NCBI GenBank assembly: GCA_023213395.1
Contig: CM041465.1
Span: forward strand, 195,059,741-195,123,740
Length of the DNA: 64,000 nt
Source: Cycas panzhihuaensis
Lineage: Eukaryota > Plantae > Cycadophyta
Reading direction: 5' to 3'
Below, piece by piece: positions 25,971 through 40,868 of the stretch; position 1 is the first letter of the stretch, and each line of letters starts with the position of its first letter. The translations under genes and the position numbers were made by a program. The notes beneath the pieces are model-generated. The model had not been told where the DNA came from, searched no databases, and saw only the letters and a list, made by a program, of their open reading frames with translations.

Positions 25971-27943
25971 AGTATTAAAAACATTTTACCTTCAATTGTT
26001 AAAAAAGAGATTCAAACACAAGGAAGACCACAAAAAGAAAAATATTCACATATACACAATGACAAAACAAGTAACAATTTACCACTGGAAAATATACCAA
26101 AATGATATTTATCCACTCTTTACGACTGAGGAATGAATAAGGAAATATTGGAAAGTGGAAAACAAATGAGATCAAGAAGTTACCCAGGAAGTATTGCAAC
26201 ACTAAGTTATGCCTTGAACACAAACAAACCCATAACCTCTAAAGAAACTAAAGAAAACAAAGCTTGGGATAAGGCAATGGAAGAAGAAATCCTTATTATT
26301 CAAAGGAACAACACCTGGGAATTGACTGAGCTTCCAAATGGTAAGCAACTTGTTGGATGCAAGTGGTTATTTAAAACAAAATACAGATTAAATGGAATGA
26401 TAAAAAGACACAAAGCTAACCTGGTAGTCAAAGAGTTCAGTCAAAAATAAGGAATTGATTGTTAAGAAACATTTGCCTATAGCAAAACTAATCATCATAC
26501 AAACCATTATAGCATTAGTTGCCCAAATTAATTGGAGAATTTATTAGATGAATGTAAAAAATATATTCCTAAATGGAGATCTAGAGGAATAAATCCACAT
26601 GGAACAACCTCATGGGTTCATCAAAAGTGGAGAAGAGAATTTAGTCTACTAATTGAAAAAGGCTCTATAAGACTCAAAATAAGCGCCCACAATATGATAG
26701 GAGAAAATTGATCAATATTTGAAAGGGGAAAACTTCTATATAAGTGAATATGATATGGGTCCCTACATCAAAGCTAAGAATACATGGCTCATCATAGTTA
26801 TAGTAGTTTATGTTGATGATTTGCTTATCGTTGGCAATGATGAAGACAATAGTAAATAGGTAAAAGGGAATCTAATGAAGACCTTTGAAATGATAGATAT
26901 GGGACCACTACATTATTATCTAGGGGTTGAAATAACATAAGGAAAAGAAAGAATATTTCTAGCTTAAATAAAGAATGCCAAAGATCTACTACTTGAGTAC
27001 AACATAACCAACTACAATCTAGCCACCACCCTCATGGAAACTGGGTACAAACTTATAATAAAAGATCAAGGTCCAACAACCAATGATATATTATACAGGA
27101 AATTGATAGGAAAGATTGATTTACCTCACTTCCACTCATCTAAGTATAATATATGTTATGGGAATAGTCTATAGATTCATGAATGTACCACATAAGGCTC
27201 ATTGGAAAGCTACAAAAAGAATCCTAATATACATTAAAAAACCTTAGGTTTTGGACTTGAATACACCAAAAACCAAAATTTCAAGCTTACTAATTATAGT
27301 TAATCAAGTTGGGATATATAATGTAATGTCAAAAAGTCTACCTATAGTTACTAATTTAATCTTAGAACAATAATTGTCTTATGAAGTAATAAGAAACAAC
27401 CATCAATTACTCTCTCGTTAATAGAAGTAAAAACCAAGTAGTTATAGTAGCCATATGTGAATCAATATAGTTGAGAAGAATTCTATAAGATCTAAAGAAA
27501 CCTTAACATCTTCTCGTAGTGATCAACTACAATGATTAGCATATGATCAAGATAGAAAAGAATCCATTCTTCCATGTACACATTAAACATATTGAGGTTT
27601 ATCATCACTTTATTGATAAAAATGTTCATAACAAAGAAATAGAGTTGCTTTACTACCCAAGTAAATCACATAATGTAAACATCTTTACCAAAACCCTTAA
27701 TAAAGATAAGTTCAATTTCTTTAGAGATCAAATCAAAGTAAAAGACATAGAATAACCATTATTAGGGGTGGGGTGGTGTTAAAATAATGTTCATTCTATT
27801 TCTACATTTCTTTGTATTTTTGTACCATAGATTTTATTTCTTATACTTTAGTCCACTTTTCAATTCACTCATTTGAATTGTAGTCATCGTTCTTAGTAAG
27901 TTTTACATGATGAATAAATGTCACTCATACAAGTAGACTCATC

Positions 27944-28086
<143 letters not shown>

Positions 28087-28623
28087 CATATACCCTCTAT
28101 TGAAGGTTTCAATAGAGAGTATAGCAGAGCAGTAAATCAAAGTAACTCAATCTATATTGTGTAACATATAAAATATCATTTGTATTAACCCATATTTATT
28201 AAGAGTACATGAAAACATCCTTGAATAGGTGGTGTTAATGAACACCAAGGTATAGTACCCCATGATATTTATATTTTGAGGGAGGAGGGAAACCTCCTCA
28301 ACCTCTAATTCAAATTAATATTAAATAATGTACAACATTAAAGACAATCTTACCTAACTTACCATGAAGGCTTGTGCACTGCATACTCCAATGTGGGGTC
28401 ATGTGATGAGTATTAACCTAACATTCTCCCCCTTAATGGTCATCATGTATATCTTTATCTTCTCTTTGAACTTGTAATACTTGAACTTGAGGAAGACTTT
28501 AAATACTTGTCCTTTAGCTTTGTCATCATTCATGAAGTGGTCATCAACTCACCTTGTTATTCTTTCAGTAATATATGTCTCTTTAGTGTTATGTGGATCA
28601 AATAATCTCCAAGTAAGTGTGAC

Positions 28624-29135
28624 TTACTTCAAATGGGAATGAGTGACTGCATCTTTGATTTTATCTTCTAAAATATTTATTTTATGAGTAGATATCATGT
28701 CATAAGGTTTCTCCCCCTTAAATGAAATATCACCTTCATGTGCATCAATATGATCGTTCATTTGACTTGAACCTTCTTCATTAGTCTTTTCATCATAATA
28801 AAATTGCTTTGACATATGTTTCATATTTATAACATCATCATAGTTAAATACATTCATATTGAGGGTTTCTCCCACATAAATAGATGTTAAGGTATCCCAT
28901 ATGAATTTGGATGTGGTCATTTCACAAACATTAGAAAAAATATTATCATCCATGGTGTAAAATAATATGGCTAAGGTCACATTGTCCTTCTTTAGATCTT
29001 CTTTAATATTTTGTTCATATCCATCTTTGACATATTTCCAAAGATCATATGTAATAAAGTATGTTTACATTATTTTACTCCATCATTGAAAATCATGTCC
29101 GTCAAATATAAGGAATCTTATTTTTATTTAAATTC
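28624..29135 (-). pseudogene. Copia gag N-terminal region (DUF4219/UBN2-like)
   Basis: FDGHDFQ.WSKIM.TYFITYDLWKYVKDGY..KKDNVTLAILFYTMDDNIFSNV..SKFIWDTL. Confidence 0.85.
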
Positions 29136-30749
29136 ATTGTCATTGTAAAAGAAACTTTAATACATAATCGAACAAGTATGATTTTCAAATAAGAAGACAA
29201 ATCCTTAAATGAGCACTTATGATTTTTAATAGACTTATCATAAATGAAGTAAATGATAAAGATATTCCTTTAAAAAGAATGCAAGCCAATGTCTTTTTAA
29301 AAAATAATTAATTAATAATGAAAATAGATTATCAATGATGCAGTCTTGCTCAGGGTTTCAAAAGGTTCTTTTATACAAAAAAGAAATAACTTGAATGAAG
29401 AACAATATCCTCTAAGCAAGATTTAATAAATGATATAATAAACTTTTGAAGAAAATATTCAAGCAATAACTTCTTTGATAAACTAAAAAAGAAATGCAAT
29501 GCCTTTGAAATTGAAATTCTCTTTTGAAAGTAAAGTGCACAAACAACTATATGCAACCTTTATAAGTAAAATAATGAATCAATAAAGCTTTCAACAAGTG
29601 AACTTTTGATGCATATAATGGTCAAGAAATGGCTTGTAATTATCCTTGTGTTATGCACTTTCAAAAAATATGCATTTAGAACAAGTAAGGGAGCTAATGA
29701 ACCAATGAACTTAGGATGTATGATTGCAAATACTCTTTGAAATAAGATGATCAAATGAGAAGAAGTGATTGAAAGAAGATAACTTTCTTATTGAAAATAA
29801 ACAAGTAATAAACTTTTCTTCAAATAAATAATATTGATGAAATGCACCTTCCTTTTTCTATTAGATATAATGAAGAAATAACAAGGATGTATATGTCTCT
29901 TTTGAATACTTTTAGCAAATATAAATTTAAATTATGTTTAATACAAAGAAGTATTTGAATAAATCGTAAAGGTTTCAAATAGAGATAAGTGGCTCAAGTA
30001 AGTCAATTAAAAATGAAATGAATTCCTTTTCAAATATATGCAAGATAATTTACTATCCTTTTTAACCACAAGCAAAGATGTATAAGGCAAAAATTTTGAA
30101 ATATATATTTTTCCTTAAAAGAATGAAAAATATTAAGCAAAGCTTCCACTAAGAGAGTTCAAAAATAAATAAATATACCCATTTTTATATGTAAGCCTAC
30201 TTTACTTGTTGATTGCTTTAGGTATATGAAATCAATCTTCTACTACAAATCAACTTAGAAAAACTATATGAGAGCCAAATAAAATCTTTAAAAATATATA
30301 ATGAATAATTAATAAAGTAAATATAACCTAGTTGAAATAAAAACTCCTTAAAGAGTTAAGGAAATAAGCCTGTTAGTGTAAAACCAAATGCTTAAGTTTA
30401 CCAGCTCCAAAGTCTTGCTAAACAATAGTAGATTTAAATGAAACTATATCAGATTGATGAATATAAAAATATCTTTTCAATGGATTTGACTACTTGGAAA
30501 ACGGACTCATGTAACTCAAGATATTAATGATTAATCAAAATGACACTTTTTTAGGGCTTAACCAGAGCCAAGAGGCTCAAAAGGTCATGAAATACCAATA
30601 AAAACTTTATGAAATAATGTAAAGAAGATCATATATAAATTAGAAGCTTCTTAATATGCCTTAAGTCCATTAAACTTAAGAAATAATGTTTAAAAATATG
30701 AAATAATGAAGAATTATGAGCACTTGAGTACCTTAACTTTATCAGCTTT

Positions 30750-30866
30750 GAACATCTACAAAAAAGCTTCAAAATTTACAAATAAATATATCAGTACAAG
30801 AAGAAATGAGTTAGATTTCCAACGAAATTGATGGATTTGAAATCTGATGTCAAATAGAAGAGTTAT
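30750..30866 (-). promoter_or_regulatory. Conserved spaced leader motif, copy 3
   Basis: Minus strand ATAACT-N12-ATCAGAT-N17-CGTTGGAA (30866 to 30817). Confidence 0.6.
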
Positions 30867-32649
30867 ACTAAAAATAGTGAGAGGTTTTCTTTATATTAAT
30901 AAATTAAAGGCTAAAAAAAAGGTTGACTTTAAACCATTAAAAATAGGTCAAATCAGATCCAAAATTAGCAAGTAGCTAGTCTACACTATATCCCTTAAAA
31001 TTCTAGTAAAAAAGGGAGAAATTTCATCAGAAATTGATACTTTAGTGAGAAGATATGGCAAAAAAATGCCAATTACCCTATATATAAAAAATAAGAAATA
31101 AAATTAATAAAAGAAAAATTTTATAAGGTTGAAATAGCCCCTTTAAAACAAAGCTACCAAGTCACATGGGGTCATGGGACTAGGGGCTAAGGCCCTTAAG
31201 GGGGATAACCTTTTTATAAATGGACTTGAAAGTTTATAACGAATGGTTAAATTTATTTAAACCTTTGTAATTATATTAATCAAATTAAAAAGATGATGAA
31301 CTACGCCGAACAGCGACCTGTGCAACTAAACAGAAGCAAACCAAAGGAGATAATCGGTGACGATCAGGTCAATACCAGTTGAATCTCCACATTAGCATAG
31401 AGGTAGCAGGCCCTCTACGTAAATCAAGATGAAAGAGATTAAAAAATATGATTAAGAAATGTATATATTATGTAAAACAACATGGACGGTGGGCGCACAG
31501 TGAGAGCACGGTGAGCATAGGACAATGATGCTAAGTAGGGGATAAAGGGTTTCAATTAATCTCATATTAAGCTAAGATGAGTAGACAAGGGGCACTTGAG
31601 TGAAGTAAACAAGATTTTATAAAAAAATTTCAAAAAATTTTGAAAAAAATAATGAAAAACAGTGAAAAACCTTTAAACGGGAGCTTGAGATAACTCTGGA
31701 GGTTGGATCTCACCACAGGGGAGATAGTTTGTCACGAGATTTTAGGGGCAATGAGGTATCCTAGGCAGTAAGGGTCTCATAAATTTTCACAACAAACTGA
31801 TGCTTGTATACTGAGAATAAGCCTACAGACCAAAAGGAAGCTAAACGGAATGACTAGCAAACAAACTAAAAAAACTCACAACATAATCAGTGAAAACACA
31901 AATGGTTTCTTCCAATAGCTCACTAGTTTAATAAGGAACACAATGAGTAGTCATATGCATAGGTTTTGAGCACTAGATTTGATGCACAGGCCTACTGAAT
32001 CAAGGCTATATAATCACCTAAAAATAAATGTGAGATAAAAATCATGAATTGAAAAATATTAATAAAATAACTTTAAAATATATAAAGTTAAACTTTGATA
32101 TATTGAAACCAAACCAACATAGTCAAAGACAAGTCATGAGATAACCGAGCAATAACTTGGCATTTTGATACCAAATGAAGGTTTCGGCAGAGAGCAGATT
32201 AGAGCAATAAATTAAAGTAACTCAATCTATATTGTGTAACATATGAAATATTATTTGCATTAACCCATATTAGTTGAGTACATAAAAACTTCCTTAAACA
32301 AGTGGTATTAATGAACACCAAGGTATAGTACCCCATGATATTTATATTTTGAGGGAGGAGGAAAACCTCCTCAACCTCCAATTTAAATTAATATTAAATA
32401 ATGTGCAACATTAAAGACAACTTTACCTAACTTACTATTAAGGCTTGTGCGATGTGTACTCCAATGTGGGGTCATGTGATGAGCAGTAACCCAACATCTA
32501 TTGCATAGTATTCAATACAAGTGACACTCATTCAATGTAGTGTGTTGAGTCATTGAATGTTTGAATATCTATGATTTTCTACATAATCATGCAAAACAAA
32601 ACACATGCCTAAAATATTACTAAAATATGTTAGAAAGAAGTGGTCACTA

Positions 32650-33845
32650 GACAAAAAAGGGTTTAACACCCTTTTATCAATTTAGCACTTTAATCCATGT
32701 AACCATGAGCCAAAGATAAAGGGGAAGACCTAAATTGATTGTAACATTCAATTTAAGTAGAAAATTTTAATACTTGATCAAATTCCATCTTAAAAGGTAG
32801 ATTCTAAATGTTTATCAACTTTAGATTGATTCACAAACCTTGAAAACAATTAAGTTTTTTTTTTTAAATATTCGTTATTTAAATTTTCATCAATGTTGCA
32901 TTTTATTTTTCTTATGCATGCTCCATTGCATTTAGACTTCTATTGCCATTTGATCCCAAACATTTGGCGCTAGAGCAAAGGACTTGTCTCTTAACCTCAC
33001 AGGTCACAAGCACTTTCTTAGGCTCAATGTTTCACTATATCGTAACACACTTGAGCTTCTTATGTGTTGGCTTGGACTTTACATCAGTTACACCTAAGAT
33101 TCAAGTGATCTAACTTTGTAAAAAATAGGGCTCTCTAACCCTTGAAACTACTATGAAAATCAATATGTAAATTTGACAATACCAAAATGCATCTCAAACA
33201 ACAGATATTTGCTTATGCTTGCCTCTTTGGCATATTGCATCATAAGATTTCTAAAAGTTCACCTAACAAGAATCAACAATTAAGGTCAAATCCATTAAAA
33301 CACTCTCTTATATTATCTACTTCTTATTTGTTAAATTTTCATATGCTTGTACTCTGGGATTCTAGCCACATTGTAAGCTTGCAATTGTCTTTTTTTTAAA
33401 TCCATGGCTAGAAATATATTAAACAACCTTGCAAACATGGACAAGGTTACCTCATTCCAAATTGAGTTATAGTGAGAGATCCTCCAAAACCACATGTCTT
33501 TTGCATACCATATACCAATAAAGTTGATCTCACTATCTTATTAATAAACCCACAAGATTAAAATGGTTTAACATAATAGAATTGGGCTAGTAGAAATCAA
33601 ATCCACAACAAAATTTATTAAGAACAATGTCAAAAGCATGCCAACAAATTTATCCAAGTCATCATGACCTAAGAAATAAGTATTTTTTGCAAAATATCTT
33701 GCCATGGATCATTATCCAAATCAAATCTCAAATGGTAGTGACTTTTGACCTCTAGATAATTGGGATTTGTCCTTTGATTATCATGTGCTTCACCATTGGT
33801 TTCTGCCCATTAGCTTGTAAACATATCAACATACATTAATTTTTG
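32650..33845 (+). mobile_element. Truncated 5' fragment of an Athila/Tat-like Gypsy (LTR end, PBS, gag remnant)
   Basis: ..cccaaaca then tttggcgctagagc (PBS-like, ~32963). 33690-33842 is homologous to 14130-14286. Confidence 0.55.
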
Positions 33846-36549
33846 CAATCTAATGGAGTTGCACCAATAAATTTAAAGTTGCCCAACAAGAATGATATTG
33901 ACACCATACATAACACAATAAAAAAGACACCTCTCTTGGCATAAATTGGCCATAACAAATCAAACATGACCACATGAAATCTACTTGAGACAATTGGACA
34001 TTTGGTTCCCAACTGTTAATATTATTGTAAATAAATTTTTTAGGTGCCACATACATATATATCTATGGGCCCACTAAATCAATATTCTCAAAAATTTTAA
34101 GAACAATCTCATTGTAAATTTGAGATCTTAACATTAAACCACATCTCAAGTCTAGATGTGCAACCTCCAAAAGTAGATATCCACTATATCAAACATGAAG
34201 CAACATCATCTATAAATTGGTTATATTCATGAAAGACAAGCATTCTATACAAACTTTATAATAGCTTATTAATATAGCAAAAATTATTTAGGAGTCATGC
34301 TCCACATAAATGATAATCAATTACCCACCCTCCATAATTGAACAAACCTGCAATATTTGCATGAGCGAGTTTAGGGTTGTTTCGACTTTAATACCATGTT
34401 GGAAAATTGAATAAGATATACATAATAAAATATTTATTTTTCTAAATTATTTATATTCAAATATATATAAATATATGTATATATAGAAATGTGTACCTCA
34501 TAGGAAACTAACGAGAAGTACATGAACTACTTAGATAACCTCTACGAGTAGATGAAGATATAAGCTATAATTACACAATTTAACAATGCTCATGTATTAA
34601 GAATGTTTACATATTTAGACCTCTTTTCACAATAATTTATAGTGTTCAATATCTGAGAGATAACAAACTAATGGTTTATAATGACTATGAATTAAACATT
34701 ATTAAAGCCATCAATTTTTCTGAATGAGATATTAGCTTTGTTGGCCCCATTAATGCAATAATTGCTAAAACCAATGTTCACCACATAATCCTTGAAATAA
34801 ATATATAACAAGTTATGTCAAAGCTTATGCAACAAGGAATTGCACAATGCAAATGACAATAAATTTTTTTATGCAAGGCATTGAACCCTCAATTTTTTTG
34901 TTTGTTGGAAGTAGTAAGTAAACAGAGCATACACCTTGTCAATAAAATAATGGAAAAACTAACCACTAGTTTGATGATCTAGAATTACAAGAGTATGCCT
35001 TACTATCCATGATGCAATGGATTGATGAAAATTTCCAACCAAACTTCATGTCGAGCATTGATAAAAGTCTACAAGGTTAGCCATTCTTATTAGAATAATA
35101 AGCTTTAAGAAATTATGTGGGTTTTTAGGACCATATTTAAGGAATCAAGGCATACATCATTTCAGTTGGTATATGGAGTTAAAACCACCAAGCGTATTAA
35201 AGTTTTGGCACCACCATTGTAGGTGGCCCTATACATGAAATGGGTCAATTGATCCAACTAGATAGAATACAAATACATGCAACCAAGTAGCACCAAGTAA
35301 CTAAGGCTTAACAAAAAGCTTGACACAATAAGCATATGAAGATGAGACAATTCAAAGGAGGTGATTTTATTTTTGTTATATAACAATAAGTTTAAGGCAA
35401 AACCAAACAAGCTAAAATCCCATTAGAATTGATCATCTATCCTAGTTAATATGTCAAAAAATGTTGTTACTCAAGTTAAAATAAAAAATAGAGAGATGAT
35501 GCCTCCAAAGGTGGATGGGAGCCAACTAAAACCATATTAACCATAAGCAGGGATGATGCTTTATGCATAGTTTATTTGAAAACACAAACAAAAATAAATA
35601 AATAAAGAGAAAGAGCCAAGAAAATTAACCATCCATTCTAAACATGCTAGCAAAGGAGGACTTTTCATTTAAATCCAAAACAATACTTTATCACTATTGA
35701 AAACACACATCCTTGATGGAAAAGTTTGTGATATACAGAGAATTAAGTCCCTTGCAATTCAATTCCCATGACATGTCAATGGCATGGCTAATTGATCAAT
35801 GAGTGCAATTTTATGGAAATTGAGATTAAAGACACACTAATTAAGGATCACATAGAGGAAACTTGGCATTAGCTTGAAGAGTGAAGAGATTTCTAAAATG
35901 CAACAACTCATTAGTTATGGTCTCATGGATATGGAGGTGTCCATTACTTTAATACTCTCATTAATTATCTAAGATGGCTAACATATGAAAAGATTAAGTC
36001 ATATGAAATAGAACAATGTAATGTAAACAATTTCTTGGTCAAAGATCACTAATCAATTAACATCAGTTATAAGATAATGACTAAGTGACAAATAGTTGAC
36101 TTGGTTGCAAAGAATAAATTCAATCTTAGAAATCAAATTTGATTGCAAGGAATAGACTAGTCACAAATAGCGAACACAACCATGGACAATTATGACACAT
36201 GATAGCATGATGGTTGGACAACTTGCTTAAGGTATCAAACAAGCACATCATAATAAAAGAAAGTTCCTAATGCACAATTAAGGAGAAATAGAATTTAATG
36301 AACCTTACTTGGGATTAGAAAAGTAGGAACTACACAATTAAAATGCATTATCCCATGAAAGGTGGTGATATAGTATTTGAATACCATTATGCATTTGTTC
36401 AATATTGGATGATTAGAAAATTTTTCATGGTCAAGAGTACTAGTCATCTACAATAGTATCATCTAGTGTACTTTGAGTAACCAAAACAAACACAACCATA
36501 AGATGTGAGAAAAAGTAAGTGAAGGTCAAGGGGACTACGTATAAGACTA

Positions 36550-39500
36550 GTGCATTTGATAAATCCAAAATCCATGATAAGGAGTTGTCAAACTACTAAT
36601 ATAATGGAAATCAATCCCATTCTATAATGTTTAGAAAATTATCAACACATCAACCTACTATAGGCTAGCCATAGTTAAAGAAAGAACATTAAAGACAAAT
36701 TTCTTAAGGATAGCAAGCATTATGCAAATGATAGATATGCCTAGATCGTACTGACATAAGGGGATTGTTGAAGCAATGGTAAGGTATATTGATGGAAATT
36801 TCTATTTTTCTCCCAATTCTTTTTTGATCACCTGAAAATTGATCAATGAATTTACCAACATTTCACTAGACGGTGAAGTAGTCAAACTAGTGGACATAAG
36901 GAAGAAAGAGGAAAGAGAACTTGGCAAAGGAAATCAATTATAACCATAATGAGTACAATATAAAATGCATCTTCATTAATAAAATAGTTTTGCCTCTTCA
37001 ACAATAGGTAATGCATATCCTTTATGATATGATGATTGTCAAAGTAATGATCATGTATAGGCCAGTCAAGTGGTGGCTAATAATAAAGTAAGCTATATAA
37101 TGCTAGTGATTCAAATGGGCAATGTATTTAAGTGGGGAGATAAATCATAACTAATTTGGTCGATCATTTCATTAAACTTTTTCTTACTAGTAATGTTTGT
37201 TATAAGATTCCAAAGTAAATTTACCCATATATTTTTCACCCAGGAGAATTCTATATAATTTTGTTTAGTCCACATAGTTGAGATGGTCCCATAAAAGTGG
37301 GAAAGATATCCAAAGCTCTTTGGGAGGTTCTCTTAGCAAAAAATAAGCCACCCAACTAAGTAGTTATGTTGATATCCTATCTCATTTCATATAAGCTTTA
37401 ACAAGGGTTACTTTTACTTAAAAAGAAGACTACATGTTGGTCATTGCACAAGAAGTGAATATGGCATCATTGTAAAACTAAGAGTTCAACAAGTCTATTC
37501 AATTAAGTGGCAATTGGTGCTAAAGGAAAATATCAAACTAGTTTATTTGCCTTCATCAAATGTGACACTAACCTTAGATCTAGTTACGCTAATTTGTGTT
37601 ATGAAATCCTTATAGATGCCTAAGATCTGCTCATATTTTGGTCCCCTAACTAAGGAAAAGAAAAAAGGTTCAAGATATCAAAATCATAAATTAAAGACAA
37701 GAAAGAGGCAAGGGTAATGAAAGAGATAAACACAACTCAACTAGAGGTAGAGGTACTATAAGTAATAGAGAAATACTCAAAGACTAAAAGGAATTCCACT
37801 TCCCTAAACAAGTCACGAATAAAGAGACTAAAACCATTAGCTACACAATAAATGACAAAAATAAATGATGCATTACCTTCACTTCAGAAAAATACTCTTC
37901 CTCCTCTACTTAATAAAACTCTACCTCGAGGCAACCCATCAAGAACACCAATTGACATGCAAATTGGTAATCAACCTCTTGGTAATGAAAGTTTAGCAAT
38001 AAAAGTTTCAAACCCAATGACTATACATGCAATGAGTGGACTTGAACCTCCATTGGAAGTTGAAGGTACTTCAATAATAATAAATGACATGACAAAACTT
38101 TAGTCAAACAAACTTGGATAATAATAGTTCAAGATTTATTGGTAGAATAGAATGATGCAACTTTGATTGAAGAACACCATAAGTGGGGAAGACCCATAAT
38201 TCTTTTAGGGAGGTTGAATCCTCTTAAAACATGCAATAAATTTTCTTTTTACTTTATTTTTTGAAGTTGAGGAAAACCTTTATGAAGCATAAGGCATTGG
38301 ATTTAAAACTAGGCACAACCCTTGGAGAGAATCCTAAACAAGTTTTGCAATCAGAGGAAATTTTTTACAAAGTAAGAGGCTTCCACTTTAACTAAAGGAA
38401 CAATCCTTGAGGACCTTGATGTGGTAATCATTGCATTGAGACAAGTCTCTCAAAATGTAAGTTCACTATGAATTATCTCTTTCATTGTTGATGGTGCATC
38501 TATATGTGTAATTGTTGAGAGTCAAGGTTGGTAGGAGGTGAGAAGTTACCAATTGAATATTCAACAAGAGAATTCTTAGCCAATTTTGATAAAAGGCCAA
38601 GCAATGAGGCCAATTCTATAACAATTTTACCTTTAATGAACCTTGTTATAAAACCTAGCCAATCAATGAACGTGTCAATAATGGTGCTAACTCGTGTAGT
38701 GTAGATATATCCCTTTTTGAAGACAATGGACTTAGCTCAACCCTTACAAGACATCATTGTATAGTGTCCACAATTGCTTATATCAAATATTTTACAAGTC
38801 TCCATAATTTTGCTAGAATAACTTAGGAAATCATTTGGCTTGGTAGTAGGTCCAACTGAACAATTTGCAATGACAAGTAATGGTGAGACATTAGTTAAAG
38901 ACTAAAGTAAAAGAAGTCAATCTAGGAATCATTACCTACACCTATAGAAATCAATTCAAAACTTACAAGTTAAGGGAAGCTCGAGTCATATAGATGCATG
39001 CTTGAAACTATTCAAAGCTTAAGAAAGTTGGGATTACTATGAACACAACATTGAAGTCATTAACAGTTGAATAAGATCACATCAAGGGTGATGTTCTACA
39101 AATAAAGGTAGATTGGTGACAACCCCTATAGGAATCAATCACTAAATTTATGCAAGTAGAGTTGGACGTGCTCAAGCAATTTAAGAGGTATTAGAGCCTT
39201 TAAAATCATAAATGCTCTATAGGACCAATTCTAAGCACAATACACTTACATTTATTTGACTAATCTAATGCACAAGAAATATGAGGAATTAACCAACTAT
39301 GGTCATGCAAAAGTAAATAGAGTTATCTCATGAAATTTTTAAACTCAAGAATGCCACTAAGTTAGCTAAATAGAAAAAGGATGGCAAAGCATAAGCAACC
39401 TTCGAGACTCAACTCTTGCAAACTTGTTCTTAAGCATAAATATATTCAAAGACTATGGAATCAGCTCTTGCATTTGTACTAAGTCTAAATCCAAAGTTGG

Positions 39501-39700
39501 ATTCACATCCTGTAATAGCAAAGTGGTTAAGAGTGCAATTGCAATTGGACATTGACTCTAAACTAGACTTGTTACATCAAGTCAATTCTGATTATGCTAT
39601 ATTTCAACTTGCAACTCACTTGTTAAATGGATATCATCTTCAAATGACTTATTTATTATCCAAAGTCAAAGTTATTCGAATAATCAAAAAATCAACTTAG
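36550..39700 (+). pseudogene. Decayed extra ORF downstream of the Gypsy integrase
   Basis: Codon-like purine-rich stretch with ORF relics 37852..38103 and 39455..39700, and the peptide VRYIDGNFYFSPNSFLIT*KLINEFTNISLDGE at ~36780-36880. Resemblance to non-chromovirus 3' ORFs is from memory only. Confidence 0.5.
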
Positions 39701-40304
39701 GAGAATTGGTGCCCCAATGCTCGGTGTCTATTTCTATGTATTCTTTCTCGATTCAATATTCATTGTAAATTGTCACCAAATTTTTTGAATAAATAATTTG
39801 TTTTTACTTGTAAACATTTTAGGAGAGACATTAGTGATACATATTTTTGTAGTACTTTATGATAAGACCCACAATAACTCTAAGAGAGGTGTTGGTTAAT
39901 TTAGTTGGTTCTTCTCTCTCTTGGGGATTTCCTATAAGACAACGACACTTACTTTATAGGCATTCTCTATTTTGGGGTCTTGTCCATGAAAGTGACAAAC
40001 TCCTAACACAAAAGGAGTAGATGCAATTAGTATAGATTAACAATATAATTTATCTATATCTTATGCATTTATCTATTAAATGCATCCTTATGTATTCCTA
40101 TAGGAATGTGCAAACCTCACAGTACCCAATTATTGCAATAAAATTACACAAGCTTGTGCCTTTTGGAGGGCTATTACAATCACCTTAATGTTAACTATTA
40201 GCAAAGTTGTGACCATGAGCTCATCTACATGATACAAATGAATAACTCAAGGTTCCAATAATGACTAACTTTTATCACACGAGCAGGATTCAAGAACCAC
40301 TAAT

Positions 40305-40740
40305 TGCCAAAAAGGAAAAATATATATATGATTTAGAAAAGGTGGTTAGAATACACCTAATACAACAAATGCAACATGTATATATTTAATTGCTTCATGT
40401 TAATTGATTTTATCTAAACAAGTAGAAAATAATAAATATCATCTCCAACATTTCCCACCTTATGATCATCTACTAATAAATAATAATTCATGTGTAGCTT
40501 AAGGCTCCAACAACAATCAACCTTTGTGATATGAATATGATCCAAGAACTGGCAACATTGATTAAAAAAGGATGTGATTTGGAAAACATGATCAAAATGT
40601 ATGTAGTATAATAAATGCAACATCTCTTTATTCAACCACTTCGCAAAAACTGACTTTATCCAAATAAATATAAAATAGTAAATGCCAACCTCAACATATC
40701 CAACATTACAATCATCCACTAAGAGCATAATTAGGTCATA
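40305..40740. repeat. Diverged ~245-bp tandem duplication
   Basis: tgattt.gaaaa..aaatgcaacat at ~40330 and ~40575; atc.aaa.aa.ta.aaaata.taaat..caacat.tcc..atcatc.actaa at ~40412 and ~40658. Confidence 0.65.
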
Positions 40741-40868
40741 TCAAAAATATGCATCCATAAAATTATAGATTATATGTCCTTTTATTTATTTATATACAAA
40801 TAAAATTTTATTAAAATAGCAAAACTTTAAAAGAAACAACTAATGCAAAATTAAAAGTTGGATGATTA

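Larger units (their letters stand above)
28101..32496 (-). mobile_element. Copia-type gag-only non-autonomous LTR element (TR-GAG-like) inserted in the Copia B 3' LTR
   Basis: LTRs at 28101-28423 and 32176-32496. Perfect TSD tctat. PBS rc ttttgatacca at 32163-32173. PPT rc ttctccccctt at 28424-28434. No pol. Confidence 0.95.
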
